Assembly (NCBI GenBank): GCA_964187785.1
Contig: OZ076409.1
Span: 5,024,001 to 5,088,000 of the forward strand
Reading direction: 5' to 3'
Source of the DNA: Amphiscolops sp. MND2022
Lineage: Eukaryota
DNA: 64,000 nt
The notes under the pieces: model-generated
The model's input: the letters and a program-made list of their open reading frames with translations, nothing else
Told to the model about the DNA's origin: nothing
Database searches by the model: none
Part shown: positions 61,634 to 64,000 of the stretch, piece after piece
How positions within the stretch are numbered: position 1 is the first letter of the stretch
Layout of the letters: each line of letters opens with the position of its first letter
Translations under genes and position numbers: made by a program

Positions 61634-61952
61634 TCAGGTTCGTTTCTGATTAGCAGCAAGAGTAGCTTCTCTGACTGCCATTTCTGGAGCTCTGGGGTAT
61701 TTTCGACGGACAACAACTGATAACATAAAACTTATAGTAAGATATCAAAAAGAAACAGCAAAAGTCACATTAAAGTCAAATCTTTAAACTTTTCCCGCAA
61801 TTCCTGATCACATGGATCGCGAATTCCGGTTGACTTCCGCTTGGATTTGGCGATCAAGGTATTTGCTAGCTTGTTGGCTTTCGCACTTCCAAAGATGTGC
61901 TTCGGAAGCGTCCTTCCGAACTTACTCAGCTCTGAGCCGGCAAACGTTTCAT
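61634..61952 (-). pseudogene. BEN-domain-like fragment of a second accessory ORF
   Basis: LSKFGRTLPKHIFG...LANTLI...RDPCDQELREKFK joined in phase over a 65-nt gap (61717-61781, AG intact, donor reads AT) to VVVRRKYPRAPEMAVREATLAANQ; pattern recognised by eye only. Confidence 0.42.
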
Positions 61953-62909
61953 GAGGTTCACTCCTTCATGCATAATTGGTTCTGCATCCTTCGAATTGTC
62001 GGCTGGCAACGTTGCTCCATTCAGAAGAATCTCAGTAACGGTGAGGAACTCTCCATTATTGGCTCGGTTTCCACGCAAAATTCCTGCTAGACGCAGCTGG
62101 TGTTTTTTGTGGCTCTTTTCTGCGCTTGTTTTTTCTGCTCCGGTTGGGAGAGGTTTTGATTTGAGGATCTGAACAACAAGGCAAAGATCGTAGACAATTC
62201 ATGAGAAAATCTGTACTCACAGCTCGGGGAAAGGGTTGATGAAAACAGAATAAGAAACGAAATTGACCGAAGCCTCGGAATGAAACACATGATATACTTA
62301 ACTGTGGTGACGTCGGTCCGCTGTTATGTGACCTCTCTGATGTCTCAGAGTTATGAAATTGCTCTTCGTGCAATGAAATCTTTCAGCTCCTCCGTGAAAT
62401 TTAGCAAACACCAGTCTCCATAGTCTTCCTTCCCTTTGAAAAAAAACGTTGGCACGAAATAGTACACGGGATTTAAGCTTTAAGCGTTTGTAACTAGGCA
62501 CATGACTATTCGGGAAAGATTAATTTCATCCATTCGGTCGCTTCCGCATCCGATGTTCCATGTTTGGCGATGATAAGGTTGCAAGCAGTGAGAAAATTCG
62601 AAAGCGAAACGTCAGATTGTGGATGAACAGATCTCTCGATGGTTTCTGATACTGGATTATCATCATCACTTCACAACAAAGATTTTGATGTATTATCAAA
62701 AATTAGAATCTAGCATAAAAACTAACCTGGAGTTGGATAATACAGGAGACAATATGCAGGTATCTGCAGTGATTGAAGAACAGGGGTCAGCGGTGCTGAA
62801 AATTTCTGCATCACTTTCAGAAGAACTGTCGCTTGGATCAGCAATTTGGAAGGACAAAGTTTCTGGGTCGCAATCAGAATCACTTGTGACATCACTGAAA
62901 TCCCGGTAA

Positions 62910-63640
62910 TCAGTTTTTTTGGTTTTTTCTACAGTTTTGGTAAAAAAAATCCCCGTCTTCGAAGGTTGACTCTTCGAGCACCGACAGAGCTCCTAGGAGT
63001 GCTTGTTTTGGGAGCAACATACGTTTGTTTTGGATCACGGCATATTTTTCGGTATGCGGACATTGACAGTTACAGTTACCGGTGTCGAAGTACTCGGGTT
63101 CTTAAAAAACCGTCAAGCGTTGCCCAGGGAATACATCTTTCAGTGTTACCAGCTTCACACATTTCCTGCTTTATATTTCGATGCTAAGTAGTCGCAGTTG
63201 GGTGCACAACAATGATTAGCAAATCGGCGCACTCCAACAACCTTTACCCTGGCACTGGAACACATTGAGGTTGGTTCCAGAATTGATACAGGATCAACGA
63301 ACTTATGTCTGTTCTCAGGAATCTTTTCAGTAAAACCGCGTGTGCAATCCAATTTCGTTTTACTTGGAATCGTTGCACCAGTATTGTTTACCAATTGGTA
63401 CCCATTGTAATTGTCTAGCTCGAAAGTTAATCCATAGGATAGGGCATGTTGATACGCTTCGTGCAGTAAGGAAATGACCTTTCTAACAATTGACTGAGAT
63501 TCAAGCAAGTCATAGTAAAGATCAGTTGTTAAAAGAGGAACTAGACTGCTCACTTTTCGTTCCGGTTTTTGGACTAAATCCACAACAATGTGGCCATCGC
63601 ACAAAGCAATCAACTCACCCCGTTTTTGCGGAATTTCCAT
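62910..63640 (-). pseudogene. SUV4-20/KMT5-like SET-domain gene, copy B
   Basis: Near-identical to copy A; TGT where A has TGA, but a 1-bp deletion near 63169 and TAA at 63102-63104. Confidence 0.8.
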
Positions 63641-64000
63641 TTTCACTAAAACCAACCGACAAACAGCCTAAATTACTTCGTGAAACCTTTTTTCCAGTAA
63701 AAAAGCAAAATTCTGGAGAATACTGAAAATTAATAGTCTTACAGACAGTCCCCACAAGCCCCAAAATCATTTGTGGTTCCGACAGCCTTACAACAGCTTT
63801 TTTCAAATTTAGAAAAATTTCAATTTAGAATATCAGCTGCACACGCAAGTTGAATAATTACGAAAAAAAATCATTCGGTGTCATTCATTAAAAGGCGCGA
63901 CTCCTCCGCTGAGGCAGTTGCTTTCATCAGAAGAGTGAATCAGAATATAGGCCGCACACGCAAGTTGAATAATTGCGAAAAAAAATCATTCGGTGTAATT

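Larger units (their letters stand above)
55725..64000 (-). mobile_element. Large decayed CACTA/EnSpm (CMC) DNA transposon with cargo genes; extends past the window
   Basis: Putative CCC terminus at 55725, subterminal 32-bp repeats, transposase remnants, co-oriented SET and BEN-like remnants; no HINE/MITE insertions noticed in this block, unlike the flanks; the second terminus is not visible. Confidence 0.7.
59643..64000. repeat. Internal duplication of the SET cassette, offset about 2736 bp
   Basis: 59643 to about 61265 matches 62379-64000, starting at TCTTTCAGCTCCTCCGTGAAATTTAGC. Confidence 0.92.

Overview
AT-rich, transposon-dense eukaryotic (animal-like) DNA with spliceosomal introns. Host genes on the + strand are the 3' part of a P4-ATPase phospholipid flippase (7 exons, 208-14080), a complete 3-exon RDH11-14-like short-chain dehydrogenase (37941-43707) and alpha-tubulin acetyltransferase ATAT1 (6 exons, 45433-54875, possibly continuing). 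A candidate small 3-exon gene lies head-to-head with the SDR on the - strand. Introns and intergenic DNA hold many copies of a DINE-1/HINE-like (non-autonomous Helentron) family, hAT, Tc1/pogo, Merlin-like and MULE-like MITEs, LINE fragments, and a Mag-like Ty3/Gypsy element that has only one LTR, is flanked by a 31-bp duplication, and sits inside one copy of a 3.1-kb tandem duplication. The most notable structure (55.7-64 kb, - strand) is a decayed CACTA/EnSpm-type DNA transposon that appears to carry two copies of a SUV4-20/KMT5-like SET-domain gene, a BEN-like domain fragment and tandem repeat arrays. All calls come from manual reading and motif recognition; no searches were run.
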